Assembly: GCF_963975745.1 (NCBI RefSeq)
Contig: NZ_CAXBIB010000007.1
Location: forward strand, 33,340 to 97,339
DNA: 64,000 bases
Origin: an uncultured Parvibaculum sp.
GTDB lineage: Bacteria; Pseudomonadota; Alphaproteobacteria; Parvibaculales; Parvibaculaceae
Direction of reading: 5' to 3'
The notes under the pieces are model-generated. The model saw only the letters and a program-made list of their open reading frames with translations, searched no databases and had not been told where the DNA came from. A program made the translations under genes and the position numbers. Shown here one piece after another: positions 47,477 through 55,700 of this stretch; the first letter of the stretch is position 1, and each line of letters begins with the position of its first letter.

Positions 47477-48538
47477 GTGCGTTTTGCAGTAACAGGGGGT
47501 GCGGGGTTCATCGGTTCGGCGGTTATCCGCCGGCTGATCGGTCAAACCGAGCACGAAGTGCTGAACATTGATTGCCTGACCTATGCGGGCAATCTCGATT
47601 CACTGGCCGACGTATCGGAGAATGCCCGCTACCATTTCTCGCAGACCGATATTCGCGACCTGCCGGCGCTGCGTCGGGCCATTGAAGATTTCCGTCCCGA
47701 CATCATCATGCATCTGGCCGCCGAAACCCATGTCGACCGTTCGATCGACGGCCCGGCCGCCTTCATCGAAACCAATGTCGTCGGCACCGCCAATCTGCTG
47801 GAAGTCGCGCGCGCCTGGTGGGAAAGTCTCGATAACGCGGCGAAGGCGCGCTTCCGCTTTCACCACATCTCGACCGATGAGGTCTTCGGCTCGCTGGGAC
47901 CGACAGGTGCCTTTACCGAAGAAACGCCTTATGCGCCCAACTCGCCCTATTCCGCATCGAAGGCGGGGTCGGATCATCTGGTGCGCGCCTGGCGCGAAAC
48001 CTTCGGTCTGCCGGCCCTAGTCAGCAATTGCTCGAACAATTACGGTCCCTGCCAGTTCCCCGAAAAGCTGATCCCGCTGATGATCCTGAACGCGCTGGAG
48101 GGAAAACCGCTGCCGGTCTATGGCTCCGGCCTGCAGATACGCGACTGGCTGCATGTGGACGATCATGCGGACGCGCTGATCGCCATTGCGACAAGGGGCC
48201 TTGTCGGCGAGAGCTACAATGTCGGCGGCAATGCCGAGCGCACCAATATCGATGTCGTGCGGACCATCTGCCGCCTGCTCGACGAGATGCAGCCACAATC
48301 GCCCTATTGCCCGCATGAGCAGTTGATCGCCCATGTTGCCGATCGCCCGGGCCATGATGCCCGCTATGCGATCGATGCCGCGAAAATCGCCCGCGACCTC
48401 GGCTGGAAGCCGCGGGAGAATTTCGAAAGCGGGCTACGCAAGACGGTCGAATGGTACTTGCAGAACCGCGACTGGTGGGAACGCGTTCGCTCCGGCCTTT
48501 ATCGCGGCGAGCGCCTTGGTCTGATCGACGCGGATTGA
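47477..48538 (+). CDS. rmlB: dTDP-glucose 4,6-dehydratase
   Basis: GTG at 47477 after AAGGGGGA gives [16 protein letters not shown]. Also [11 protein letters not shown] and [11 protein letters not shown]. Confidence 0.9.
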   Translation: MRFAVTGGAGFIGSAVIRRLIGQTEHEVLNIDCLTYAGNLDSLADVSENARYHFSQTDIRDLPALRRAIEDFRPDIIMHLAAETHVDRSIDGPAAFIETNVVGTANLLEVARAWWESLDNAAKARFRFHHISTDEVFGSLGPTGAFTEETPYAPNSPYSASKAGSDHLVRAWRETFGLPALVSNCSNNYGPCQFPEKLIPLMILNALEGKPLPVYGSGLQIRDWLHVDDHADALIAIATRGLVGESYNVGGNAERTNIDVVRTICRLLDEMQPQSPYCPHEQLIAHVADRPGHDARYAIDAAKIARDLGWKPRENFESGLRKTVEWYLQNRDWWERVRSGLYRGERLGLIDAD

Positions 48539-48544
48539 ACGCAC

Positions 48545-49459
48545 ATGACCGAACCGCGATCGAGACGCCTGCTGGTGACCGGCGCCGGCGGCCAGGTGGG
48601 AGGGAAGCTCGTTGCACAAGCGGCCGCGCATGGCTTTGCGGCCATCGCAACCACGCGCGCGGAGCTCGACATCACCGATCGGGCGGCGATCGAGGCGGCG
48701 ATCGCATCGCTGAAACCCGACGCCGTGATCAATGCGGCCGCCTATACGGCTGTCGACCGCGCCGAAAGCGAGGCAGAGCTCGCCCGGGCCATCAACGCCG
48801 ATGCACCGGGCCTGTTGGGTGCGGCCTGCGACAGGGCCGGCATTCCGCTGCTGCATATCTCGACCGATTATGTCTTTGACGGCTCGGCCGCGCGCCCCTG
48901 GCGGGAAGACGACCCGCTGGCCCCGCTTGGCGTCTATGGCAGGAGCAAGGCCGAAGGCGAAGCCGCACTCCGCAAGGCCACGGAAAACCACATCATCCTG
49001 CGCACGGCCTGGGTGTTCAGCCCTTGCGGCAGCAATTTCGTGAAGACGATGCTGCGCCTCGCAGCCGAACGGGACGAGCTGACCGTGGTCGACGACCAGA
49101 AGGGCTCGCCCTCCGCGGCCATCGATATCGCGCAGGTTCTGTTGACGCTGGCCCGACTGTCGCTCGACCGGCAGGCCGCCGGCGAAGCGCCGCCACGCGG
49201 CACCTGGCATTTCTGCAACAAAGGCGTGACCAGCTGGTATGAGTTCGCCTGCGCGATCATGACCGGCGCCGCCCAGCGGCACGCGCCTGCAGCCCGCGTG
49301 CGGCCGATCCCGACATCGGCCTATCCGACCCCGGCCCGGCGCCCGGCCAATTCGGCGCTCGACTGCGCGAAGCTCACCAGGGATTTCGGCATCGTTCCGC
49401 GGCCTTGGGAAGAAGCCCTCGATGACGTACTCGACAGGCTTCTCGCGCCGCCCCACTGA
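48545..49459 (+). CDS. rmlD: dTDP-4-dehydrorhamnose reductase
   Basis: [33 protein letters not shown], and its position inside the rml operon. Confidence 0.9.
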   Translation: MTEPRSRRLLVTGAGGQVGGKLVAQAAAHGFAAIATTRAELDITDRAAIEAAIASLKPDAVINAAAYTAVDRAESEAELARAINADAPGLLGAACDRAGIPLLHISTDYVFDGSAARPWREDDPLAPLGVYGRSKAEGEAALRKATENHIILRTAWVFSPCGSNFVKTMLRLAAERDELTVVDDQKGSPSAAIDIAQVLLTLARLSLDRQAAGEAPPRGTWHFCNKGVTSWYEFACAIMTGAAQRHAPAARVRPIPTSAYPTPARRPANSALDCAKLTRDFGIVPRPWEEALDDVLDRLLAPPH

Positions 49460-49488
49460 CCCTTACGACGGAAAAAGGCACAAGGCAT

Positions 49489-50358
49489 ATGAAGGGCATC
49501 ATCCTGGCAGGCGGCAGCGGCACGCGGCTCTACCCCGTGACCCGCGCGGTCTCGAAGCAATTGCTGCCGGTCTATGACAAGCCGATGATCTACTACCCGC
49601 TGACGACGCTGATGCTGGCCGGCATTCGCGACATTCTGGTGATCACGACGCCTGAGGATGCCGCCGCCTTCAAAAATCTGTTGGAAGACGGCAGCCAATG
49701 GGGCATTTCGATTTCCTATGCCGTGCAGCCGAAACCCGAAGGTCTCGCACAGGCCTTTATCATCGGTCGCGACTTCGTCGGCGGCGGCCGCTGCGCCCTG
49801 GTGCTGGGCGACAATATCTTCTACGGCAACGGCCTGTCGGCCATTCTCCAGCGCGCCGCACGGCCGGGCAAGGGCGCGACGGTCTTCGGCTACTGGGTCC
49901 GCGATCCGGAACGTTATGGCGTTGTCGAATTTGACGACGCCGGCAAGGCGATCTCGATCGAGGAAAAGCCGGAAAAGCCGAAATCGAACCATGCGGTGAC
50001 GGGGCTCTATTTCTACGATTCAGACGTCTGCGACATGGCCGCCGAAGTCCGGCCCTCCGCGCGCGGCGAGCTTGAAATCACGACGCTCAACGAAATGTAT
50101 CTGAAGCGTGGCATGCTGACGGTGGAACTGCTGGGCCGGGGCTTTACCTGGCTCGACACCGGCACGCATCAGTCGCTGCTGCAGGCGGCGCAATTCGTCG
50201 AGACGATCGAGGAGCGCCAGAACCTGAAGATCGGCAGCCCCGAGGAAGTGGCCTTCCGCATGGGCTATATCGATGCCGAACAATTGCTGGCAGCCGCCCG
50301 CGGCGTCGGCAAGAGCAGCTATGGCACCTATCTGCGCGCGCTGGCGAAGGGCCGGTGA
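49489..50358 (+). CDS. rmlA: glucose-1-phosphate thymidylyltransferase
   Basis: [38 protein letters not shown]. Confidence 0.9.
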   Translation: MKGIILAGGSGTRLYPVTRAVSKQLLPVYDKPMIYYPLTTLMLAGIRDILVITTPEDAAAFKNLLEDGSQWGISISYAVQPKPEGLAQAFIIGRDFVGGGRCALVLGDNIFYGNGLSAILQRAARPGKGATVFGYWVRDPERYGVVEFDDAGKAISIEEKPEKPKSNHAVTGLYFYDSDVCDMAAEVRPSARGELEITTLNEMYLKRGMLTVELLGRGFTWLDTGTHQSLLQAAQFVETIEERQNLKIGSPEEVAFRMGYIDAEQLLAAARGVGKSSYGTYLRALAKGR

Positions 50359-50430
50359 TCATGTCTGGACCGTCAGGGCAGGTCCATTGTTCCGCCGGGA
50401 TGGCCGGTCGATGAGTTTCGGGAGCGAGAA

Positions 50431-51762
50431 ATGAAAGTTGCGATGATCGGCACCGGCTATGTGGGCCTGGTCTCGGGCGCCTGTTTTGCCGATCTCGGGC
50501 ATCACGTCACCTGCGTGGATACCGACGCCGCTAAGATCGCGAAGCTCCGCCGCGCAGAAATCCCGATCTATGAGCCCGGTCTCGAAGACATCGTCGCGCG
50601 CAGTGTCGAAGCGGGCAGGCTTTCCTTCACCATGGACGCCACCGGAGCCGTGCCGTCATGCGACGCGATTTTCATCTGCGTCGGCACGCCGCCGCGCGAG
50701 GATGGCGATGCCGACCTCTCCTATGTCTATGCCGCCGCGCAAGGCATCGCGGCGCATCTGAACGGATATACGGTCATTGTCGACAAATCGACCGTCCCTG
50801 TTGGCACCGGCGACGAGGTCGAACGGATCATTCGCAAAGCCAATCCGGAGGCCGATTTCGACGTGGCGTCGAACCCCGAATTCCTGCGCGAGGGCAACGC
50901 GATCGACGATTTTATGCGGCCGGACCGGATTGTCATCGGCACGAACGCCCCGCGTGCCCGGGAGGTCATGCAGGCGCTTTACCGGCCGCTGATGCTCGCC
51001 GAAACGCCCATCCTGCACACGAGCCGCGCCACGGCCGAACTGACCAAATATGCGGCCAACGCCTTTCTGGCGATGAAAGTGACCTTCATCAACGAGATCG
51101 CCGATATCTGCGAGCAGGTCGGTGCCGACGTGCAGGACGTCTCGCGCGGCATCGGCCTCGACAGCCGCATCGGCACCAAATTCCTGCAGGCGGGGGCGGG
51201 CTTCGGCGGCTCCTGCTTCCCGAAGGACACGCTGGCGCTGACAAGCACCGCAAGGAAGGTCGGCCGACCGACCCAGATCGTCGAAGCGGTGATGGCGGCC
51301 AATGCCGAACGCAAGCGGCGCATGGCCGACAAGATCGTCGCGGCCTGCGGCGGCACTATCGCCGGCAAGGTACTCGGGGTGCTCGGTGTCACCTTCAAGC
51401 CCAATACCGACGACATGCGCGACGCGCCAAGCCTCGACATCTTGCCCTTGCTGCAGCAGGCCGGCGCACGAATCCGCGCCTATGACCCGGAGGGTATGAG
51501 CGAGGCGCGGAAATATCTGAGCGATATCGAATGGAGCGCCGATGCCTATGGCGTGATGCCCGGCGCCGACGCCTTGCTGATCCTGACCGAATGGAACGAA
51601 TTCCGCGTTCTCGATCTCGACCGCGTGCGACGCGAGTTGAAGCGTCCGCTGATGATCGACCTGCGCAACATCTATACGCCCGGCGATATGGCCGAGGCCG
51701 GCTTCGAATATCACTCGGTCGGGCGGCCTTCGCCTGCTCGATCGACCCGACGCGGCGGGTGA
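50431..51762 (+). CDS. ugd: UDP-glucose 6-dehydrogenase
   Basis: MKVAMIGTGYVGLVSG and the catalytic GFGGSCFPKD. Confidence 0.9.
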   Translation: MKVAMIGTGYVGLVSGACFADLGHHVTCVDTDAAKIAKLRRAEIPIYEPGLEDIVARSVEAGRLSFTMDATGAVPSCDAIFICVGTPPREDGDADLSYVYAAAQGIAAHLNGYTVIVDKSTVPVGTGDEVERIIRKANPEADFDVASNPEFLREGNAIDDFMRPDRIVIGTNAPRAREVMQALYRPLMLAETPILHTSRATAELTKYAANAFLAMKVTFINEIADICEQVGADVQDVSRGIGLDSRIGTKFLQAGAGFGGSCFPKDTLALTSTARKVGRPTQIVEAVMAANAERKRRMADKIVAACGGTIAGKVLGVLGVTFKPNTDDMRDAPSLDILPLLQQAGARIRAYDPEGMSEARKYLSDIEWSADAYGVMPGADALLILTEWNEFRVLDLDRVRRELKRPLMIDLRNIYTPGDMAEAGFEYHSVGRPSPARSTRRGG

Positions 51763-52188
51763 AAGCGTACCTGCGCCTGTCAGCCGCAGAGAACAGCGCC
51801 TGAAGGACCTGCCGACAAAAACCCATCGGACACAATGCCCGGACGCCCCGACATGGCGCCGCAGGCGCTTCGTATCGTGCGGCAAGGGACCGTCGATCAT
51901 ATCGACGAATTGCATGCTGGCACAGCGGACATTGCACCTGCCGGCCGAACCGGACGCTCGCTCTCGAGACGCGCATCCGTTCTGTGGCCATCTGACCGTC
52001 TGCAGATCATATGACAGACGTCCGGACTGTCGGCACTTCAATCCAGGACACGCCTGAAATCGGATATGGCAGTCAACCGAATGTCGATACCGGAATGTCG
52101 GGATGCATCGCCGCCGTTTCTGCGGCCTCAAAATGTGTTCCAGCCTGATACAGGTGATGTTTTGCAGGAGAAAGAAGCCGAAGCTTCA

Positions 52189-52208
52189 CCCCCCCGGGGG
52201 GGGGGGGG
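52189..52208. repeat. abutting homopolymers C7 then G13 (self-complementary junction), followed by phased A-tracts to 52236
   Basis: Read directly: tcaCCCCCCCGGGGGGGGGGGGGcAAAAAAgcAAAAAcgAAAAAcaacccc. Confidence 0.9.
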
Positions 52209-52363
52209 CAAAAAAGCAAAAACGAAAAACAACCCCATGCACTCTCCCGCATGTTCACGGGAGCTGATGTTTTTATTGGATCAGATGCAGCGAATCGCTC
52301 GATCCTGAGATCGGGAAGGGGAGTCGGACGGCCAGCGACAATCGATGACAAGGAACCGTTGCA

Positions 52364-53059
52364 ATGAAAGCCGACGCACAGAAGAAACCCAACACACAGA
52401 AGTCCCCCAAGCCCAAAGCCAGGAAAAAGACACCGAAGAGTCCGGAACACGCGCGCTTTTACCAGGACTGTCTGGACATAGAGACCGCGCGCAGGAATGC
52501 CTTCAAAGCCACGGGCATGACCGAGGCACAGCTCCAGACAATATTGAATCCCATCTGCCGCGCCGTGGCAGACGGGCAGTTATTGCCACCGGGGGACCTT
52601 ATCGACGCAACTAATCTCGTCTCGGAGTTCGCGCCAAAGACAGCCTACGAACGCATGATCTGCGGACAATTGCTGTCGACTTATTTTTTCATGAACGTGA
52701 ACATGCATCTCGGCATGCGTGCGAGTCTCGTGCCCATAAGAACCAGCTTGTTCCAGACCGCCACGAAACTTGGCCACCTCAACAAGGGTTTGCTGGAAAT
52801 GCTGCACCGGCTTCAGAACGGAGAAGACCGCAAGGTCATCGCCTTCGAATACAACCATGTAACTCGCAAGGAGGCCGGGCCAGACGCGCACGCGAAACCA
52901 AAACAGGGCAAGCGCAAGCAGGAGGGACGCCCGGTCAACGGCAGCCCCGCCATGAACGGGCATGCCATGAACGGACATGCCTTGAACGGGCACGGATTGA
53001 ACGGGCACGCTCGGAACAGGCGCAAGCCCAAATGTGCTCAGAGGATCATGGCGTCGTGA
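52364..53059 (+). CDS. hypothetical protein with Lys-rich N-terminus and C-terminal (A/G)(M/L)NGH pentapeptide repeats
   Basis: The ORF has protein-like composition. N-terminus KKPNTQKSPKPKARKKTPKSP. C-terminal repeat AMNGHAMNGHALNGHGLNGHA. No family recognised. Confidence 0.45.
   Translation: MKADAQKKPNTQKSPKPKARKKTPKSPEHARFYQDCLDIETARRNAFKATGMTEAQLQTILNPICRAVADGQLLPPGDLIDATNLVSEFAPKTAYERMICGQLLSTYFFMNVNMHLGMRASLVPIRTSLFQTATKLGHLNKGLLEMLHRLQNGEDRKVIAFEYNHVTRKEAGPDAHAKPKQGKRKQEGRPVNGSPAMNGHAMNGHALNGHGLNGHARNRRKPKCAQRIMAS
52949..53008 (+). repeat. four tandem 15-bp units (GCC ATG AAC GGG CAT consensus) inside the CDS, with degenerate flanking units
   Basis: Read directly: gccatgaacgggcat / gccatgaacggacat / gccttgaacgggcac / ggattgaacgggcac. 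Confidence 0.85.
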
Positions 53060-53328
53060 CCATCGAAGGGAGAGCCTCCGAAAGCCCGGGAGAGACGCCG
53101 GCGCTTTGCGGCGCAAGGACAAGAAACGGCCTGCCCTGCAGAAACCCGCCGGTCAATGGCAAGCGCCGCTGCCGCATGCATGGCGGCGCGGCAGGGAGCG
53201 GGGCGCCCAAAGGAAACCAGAACGCCTTGAAAACCGGTTTCTACAAGCGGCAATACATTGACCTGCGGCGCCAGTCAAAGCGGGCCATGCGCGAAGCACT
53301 GATGTCACTCGGCAGAAAACGCTGGTAA
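53032..53328 (+). CDS. HGGxSTG-like small protein (phage/plasmid-associated)
   Basis: CGARTRNGLPCRNPPVNGKRRCRMHGGAAGSGAPKGNQNALKTG resembles the C-x-A-x-T-x(3)-x-P-C...C-R-x-H-GG motif family. The start is uncertain, since it overlaps the upstream ORF by 28 nt. Confidence 0.55.
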   Translation: MCSEDHGVVTIEGRASESPGETPALCGARTRNGLPCRNPPVNGKRRCRMHGGAAGSGAPKGNQNALKTGFYKRQYIDLRRQSKRAMREALMSLGRKRW

Positions 53329-53459
53329 CCCGGTTTCGGCAGTGCGGCTCGGCCAACAATGCATGATCCGGCCGCATCGGTCGCGATCGATTGACTTGAT
53401 CGATCAACGATCAGACGGCAGCGCCCGTGGCCGCCCCGACAATCCGCAGCCCCTGCCGC

Positions 53460-53714
53460 CTAGAGATCGATGACCGGTGTCGCCTTGAGGCGCACGCCCG
53501 GGCCGCCGGCTTCATCGGCCACGACAAAGACCACCCCGGCCGCCTCCAGCGTCTGCTGCAGCCGCCAGATATTGGCGACCGTGCCTTGCGCCAGGCCCGC
53601 GCCCTTTTCCATCCTCTGAACGGTCGACAGGCCGAGGCCCGCCTTGCGCGCCAGATCCTCGCGCGACCACTCTATAAGACCTCTTGCGGCTCTAATTTGA
53701 GATGAAAACAGCAT
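53460..53714 (-). CDS. XRE/Cro-CI-family helix-turn-helix regulator
   Basis: IRAARGLIEWSREDLARKAGLGLSTVQRMEKG is a classic HTH_XRE block. The gene is divergent from the phage-like genes across an AT-rich region. Confidence 0.75.
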   Translation of the reverse strand: MLFSSQIRAARGLIEWSREDLARKAGLGLSTVQRMEKGAGLAQGTVANIWRLQQTLEAAGVVFVVADEAGGPGVRLKATPVIDL

Positions 53715-53807
53715 TTAATGCTCATTTTTTATCTTTTAATGAACTGTTTCTGTTGTTTTTTAATCAGATAATGATAGAATACGGCCGAATTCGAACAAAA
53801 ACAGGTC
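53715..53807. promoter_or_regulatory. AT-rich divergent promoter/operator region (repressor versus early genes)
   Basis: 93 bp that are strikingly AT-rich for this genome, with repeated TTAATG/TTAATC/TAATGA strings and a TAGAAT -10-like hexamer. Confidence 0.45.
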
Positions 53808-54473
53808 ATGCCCATGCTGTATCCTGATTCCACACCGCCGATCCAGAACGATGCGATCCCGATCAAGAAAGATCACCCTGCAGCCTCACCAGTCGTTGCT
53901 CACGATGCCGCTGGAGCATGGGACCGCCCGGATGCCGCAGGAGCTATCTCCGGCCCACCTGCGCCGCAGGCAAGCCCGGCGGTCTCGGCCGAGCTCCATA
54001 CGCATCTTTACCTCAAGGAACGTCTTGAGGCCGAGTTTCCGGATCTCGATGACGAGACGCTGGCCGATACGCTGGAAGGCGAGACGCGGCTCAACGAGAT
54101 GCTGGCCGCGGTGCTGCGCTCGCGCGAGGAGGATATGGGGCTTGTCACGGGCCTCAAGGCGCGGATCGAGGCGCTGAAGGCCCGGCTCGACCGCTTTCAG
54201 GAACGCGCCGAACGCAAACGGGCGCTTGTGACCGAGGCCATGGCGCGCGCGGCCATCAAGCGGCTGCTGGCGCCCGATTTCACCGCTTCCCTGCGCATGG
54301 TGCCGCCCGGGCTGGTCATCGAGGACGAGACCGCGATCCCCGATGAATTCTGGAAACCGCAAGCCCCGAAGCTCGACCGCAGCGGTCTCGGCGACGCGCT
54401 GCGCAGCGGACGCACCGTCACCGGCGCAACGCTCGGCACGGCGCGCCCCTCGATCAGCATCCGCATCGCCTGA
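53808..54473 (+). CDS. siphovirus Gp157-like protein
   Basis: Coiled-coil centre (LKARIEALKARLDRFQERAERKR) and the C-terminal ...DETAIPDEFWKPQAPKLDRSGLGDALRSGRTVTGATL resemble the Gp157 family as I recall it. Confidence 0.65.
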   Translation: MPMLYPDSTPPIQNDAIPIKKDHPAASPVVAHDAAGAWDRPDAAGAISGPPAPQASPAVSAELHTHLYLKERLEAEFPDLDDETLADTLEGETRLNEMLAAVLRSREEDMGLVTGLKARIEALKARLDRFQERAERKRALVTEAMARAAIKRLLAPDFTASLRMVPPGLVIEDETAIPDEFWKPQAPKLDRSGLGDALRSGRTVTGATLGTARPSISIRIA

Positions 54474-54487
54474 AGGGAGACACCATC

Positions 54488-55357
54488 ATGGCACTGACCC
54501 GCAACCAGCGCATCGCCCTCGACGCCGCCCCGCCGGCCGACGCCATCAGGACGCGTCAGGAAGGCGGCCGGGCCCTTTCCTATCTCGAAGGCTGGTATGT
54601 GATCCGCGAGGCCAACCGCATTTTCGGCACCGATCACTGGGACCGGATCACCCTCTCGAGCCAATGTGTCTGGCAGGGCCAGCATCGCGGCGAGGCCGCC
54701 TGCACCTATACGGCCCGGGTCCGTCTCTGCATCCGGGTCGGCCATGAAAGCCTGGTGCGCGAGGGCTCGGGCGTCGGTCACGGGCAGAACCTGCATGCCG
54801 GCGAGGCCCATGGTCAGGCCATCAAGGCCGCCGAAACCGATGCGACCAAGCGGGCGCTGGCAACACTGGGCGCTCCTTTCGGGCTCAGCCTTTACGAGAC
54901 ACACGCGCCGGATTTTCCGGCGGCGCATGGCAGATCCGCAAGCATGCCCGCATCAAAACCGGACGCGGCGACAATGCCGGCGACATTGCAGCGGCAGGAT
55001 GCGCCCGTCGCGCGCGAGGATTACTGGATGATGCGGGATGCGGCCGGCGAGCTGATGGCCGTCTTCAAGAGCCCGATCCTTTGTTGTTCGGCGCTGCGTC
55101 GCGCGATCGAGGCGGCAGGCTCGGCGCAAGGCCTCGAGGCCCTCTACAACCAGAACCGGCGCCTGCTGACACGGCTGCGCGCCGAACGTCCCGATCTGCG
55201 CAGCGACCGCGATCAGCACTATGCCGAAATCCTGAGCGCACTGTTCCGCACACGGCTGAAGCGGCTGGCGGCCCGGAATGACATACCGGAAACAACGGCA
55301 CGCGCGGTCGCGCCGATTGACCTGTCAGACGGACTGGCACCGGGCGCCGCCGACTGA
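54488..55357 (+). CDS. Rad52/22-family single-strand annealing recombinase
   Basis: ALSYLEGWYVIREANRIFG...WDR...REGSGVGHG...AIKAAETDATKRALATLGAPFGLSLY matches the Rad52_Rad22 core. GGGAGA SD. Confidence 0.75.
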   Translation: MALTRNQRIALDAAPPADAIRTRQEGGRALSYLEGWYVIREANRIFGTDHWDRITLSSQCVWQGQHRGEAACTYTARVRLCIRVGHESLVREGSGVGHGQNLHAGEAHGQAIKAAETDATKRALATLGAPFGLSLYETHAPDFPAAHGRSASMPASKPDAATMPATLQRQDAPVAREDYWMMRDAAGELMAVFKSPILCCSALRRAIEAAGSAQGLEALYNQNRRLLTRLRAERPDLRSDRDQHYAEILSALFRTRLKRLAARNDIPETTARAVAPIDLSDGLAPGAAD

Positions 55358-55418
55358 AGCGCACAAGGTCCGGGGGGCGCCGCTCCGCCTGCCCGCAATC
55401 GCCCCGCGCCTTGTCGCG

Positions 55419-55462
55419 CATCTGTATCACACCGCATCTGTGTCACGTCACTTGTGTATCAC
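55419..55462 (+). repeat. three 12-bp direct repeats at exact 16-bp spacing (iteron-like)
   Basis: CATCTGTATCAC (55419), CATCTGTGTCAC (55435) and CTTGTGTATCAC (55451), read directly. Confidence 0.85.
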
Positions 55463-55700
55463 GTCATGTGCCCCGCAATTGCCAGGGGCCGGCGCGCCAT
55501 CCCGGCACTCGAACGCTCACAATGGAAGCCGCGACACAACAGCTTGCGTTGTCATACTCCGCATTACAGCCGTCTTGACGATACGAAACGCCCGCGGGCC
55601 GCGCCGACGGACCACCTCTTGCGATCTGCGGCGAAATAGCACCCGCCTGTCGGGCACAATCGAATAGTAAATCATTGTTACGGAGAACCACCGCGTTAGG

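Larger units (their letters stand above)
52364..55462. mobile_element. phage-like remnant / genomic islet (no integrase or structural genes in window)
   Basis: A cluster of phage-type genes (XRE repressor, Gp157-like, Rad52-like, HGGxSTG-like), visibly AT-richer intergenic DNA, and iteron-like repeats at the right end. It sits between two glycan loci. The borders are not defined by recognisable att repeats. Confidence 0.5.

Noticed and set aside
52066-52308. 80-aa ORF that translates the C7G13 tract as PPRGGGG
   Set aside because: No SD and no recognisable protein features, and the frame depends on the homopolymer length. The minus-strand ORF 52073-52450 is equally unconvincing. The region is treated as non-coding.
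51763-52363. tRNA gene or att direct repeat marking the islet border
   Set aside because: I scanned this spacer and 55463-55700 by eye. I found no cloverleaf-like segment and no shared repeat longer than about 8 nt. This cannot be excluded without tRNAscan and alignment tools.
55419-55462. Possible CRISPR array
   Set aside because: There are only three 12-bp repeats with 4-bp gaps between them, and no cas genes. This is far too short and too tightly spaced for CRISPR, so it is reported as iteron-like instead.
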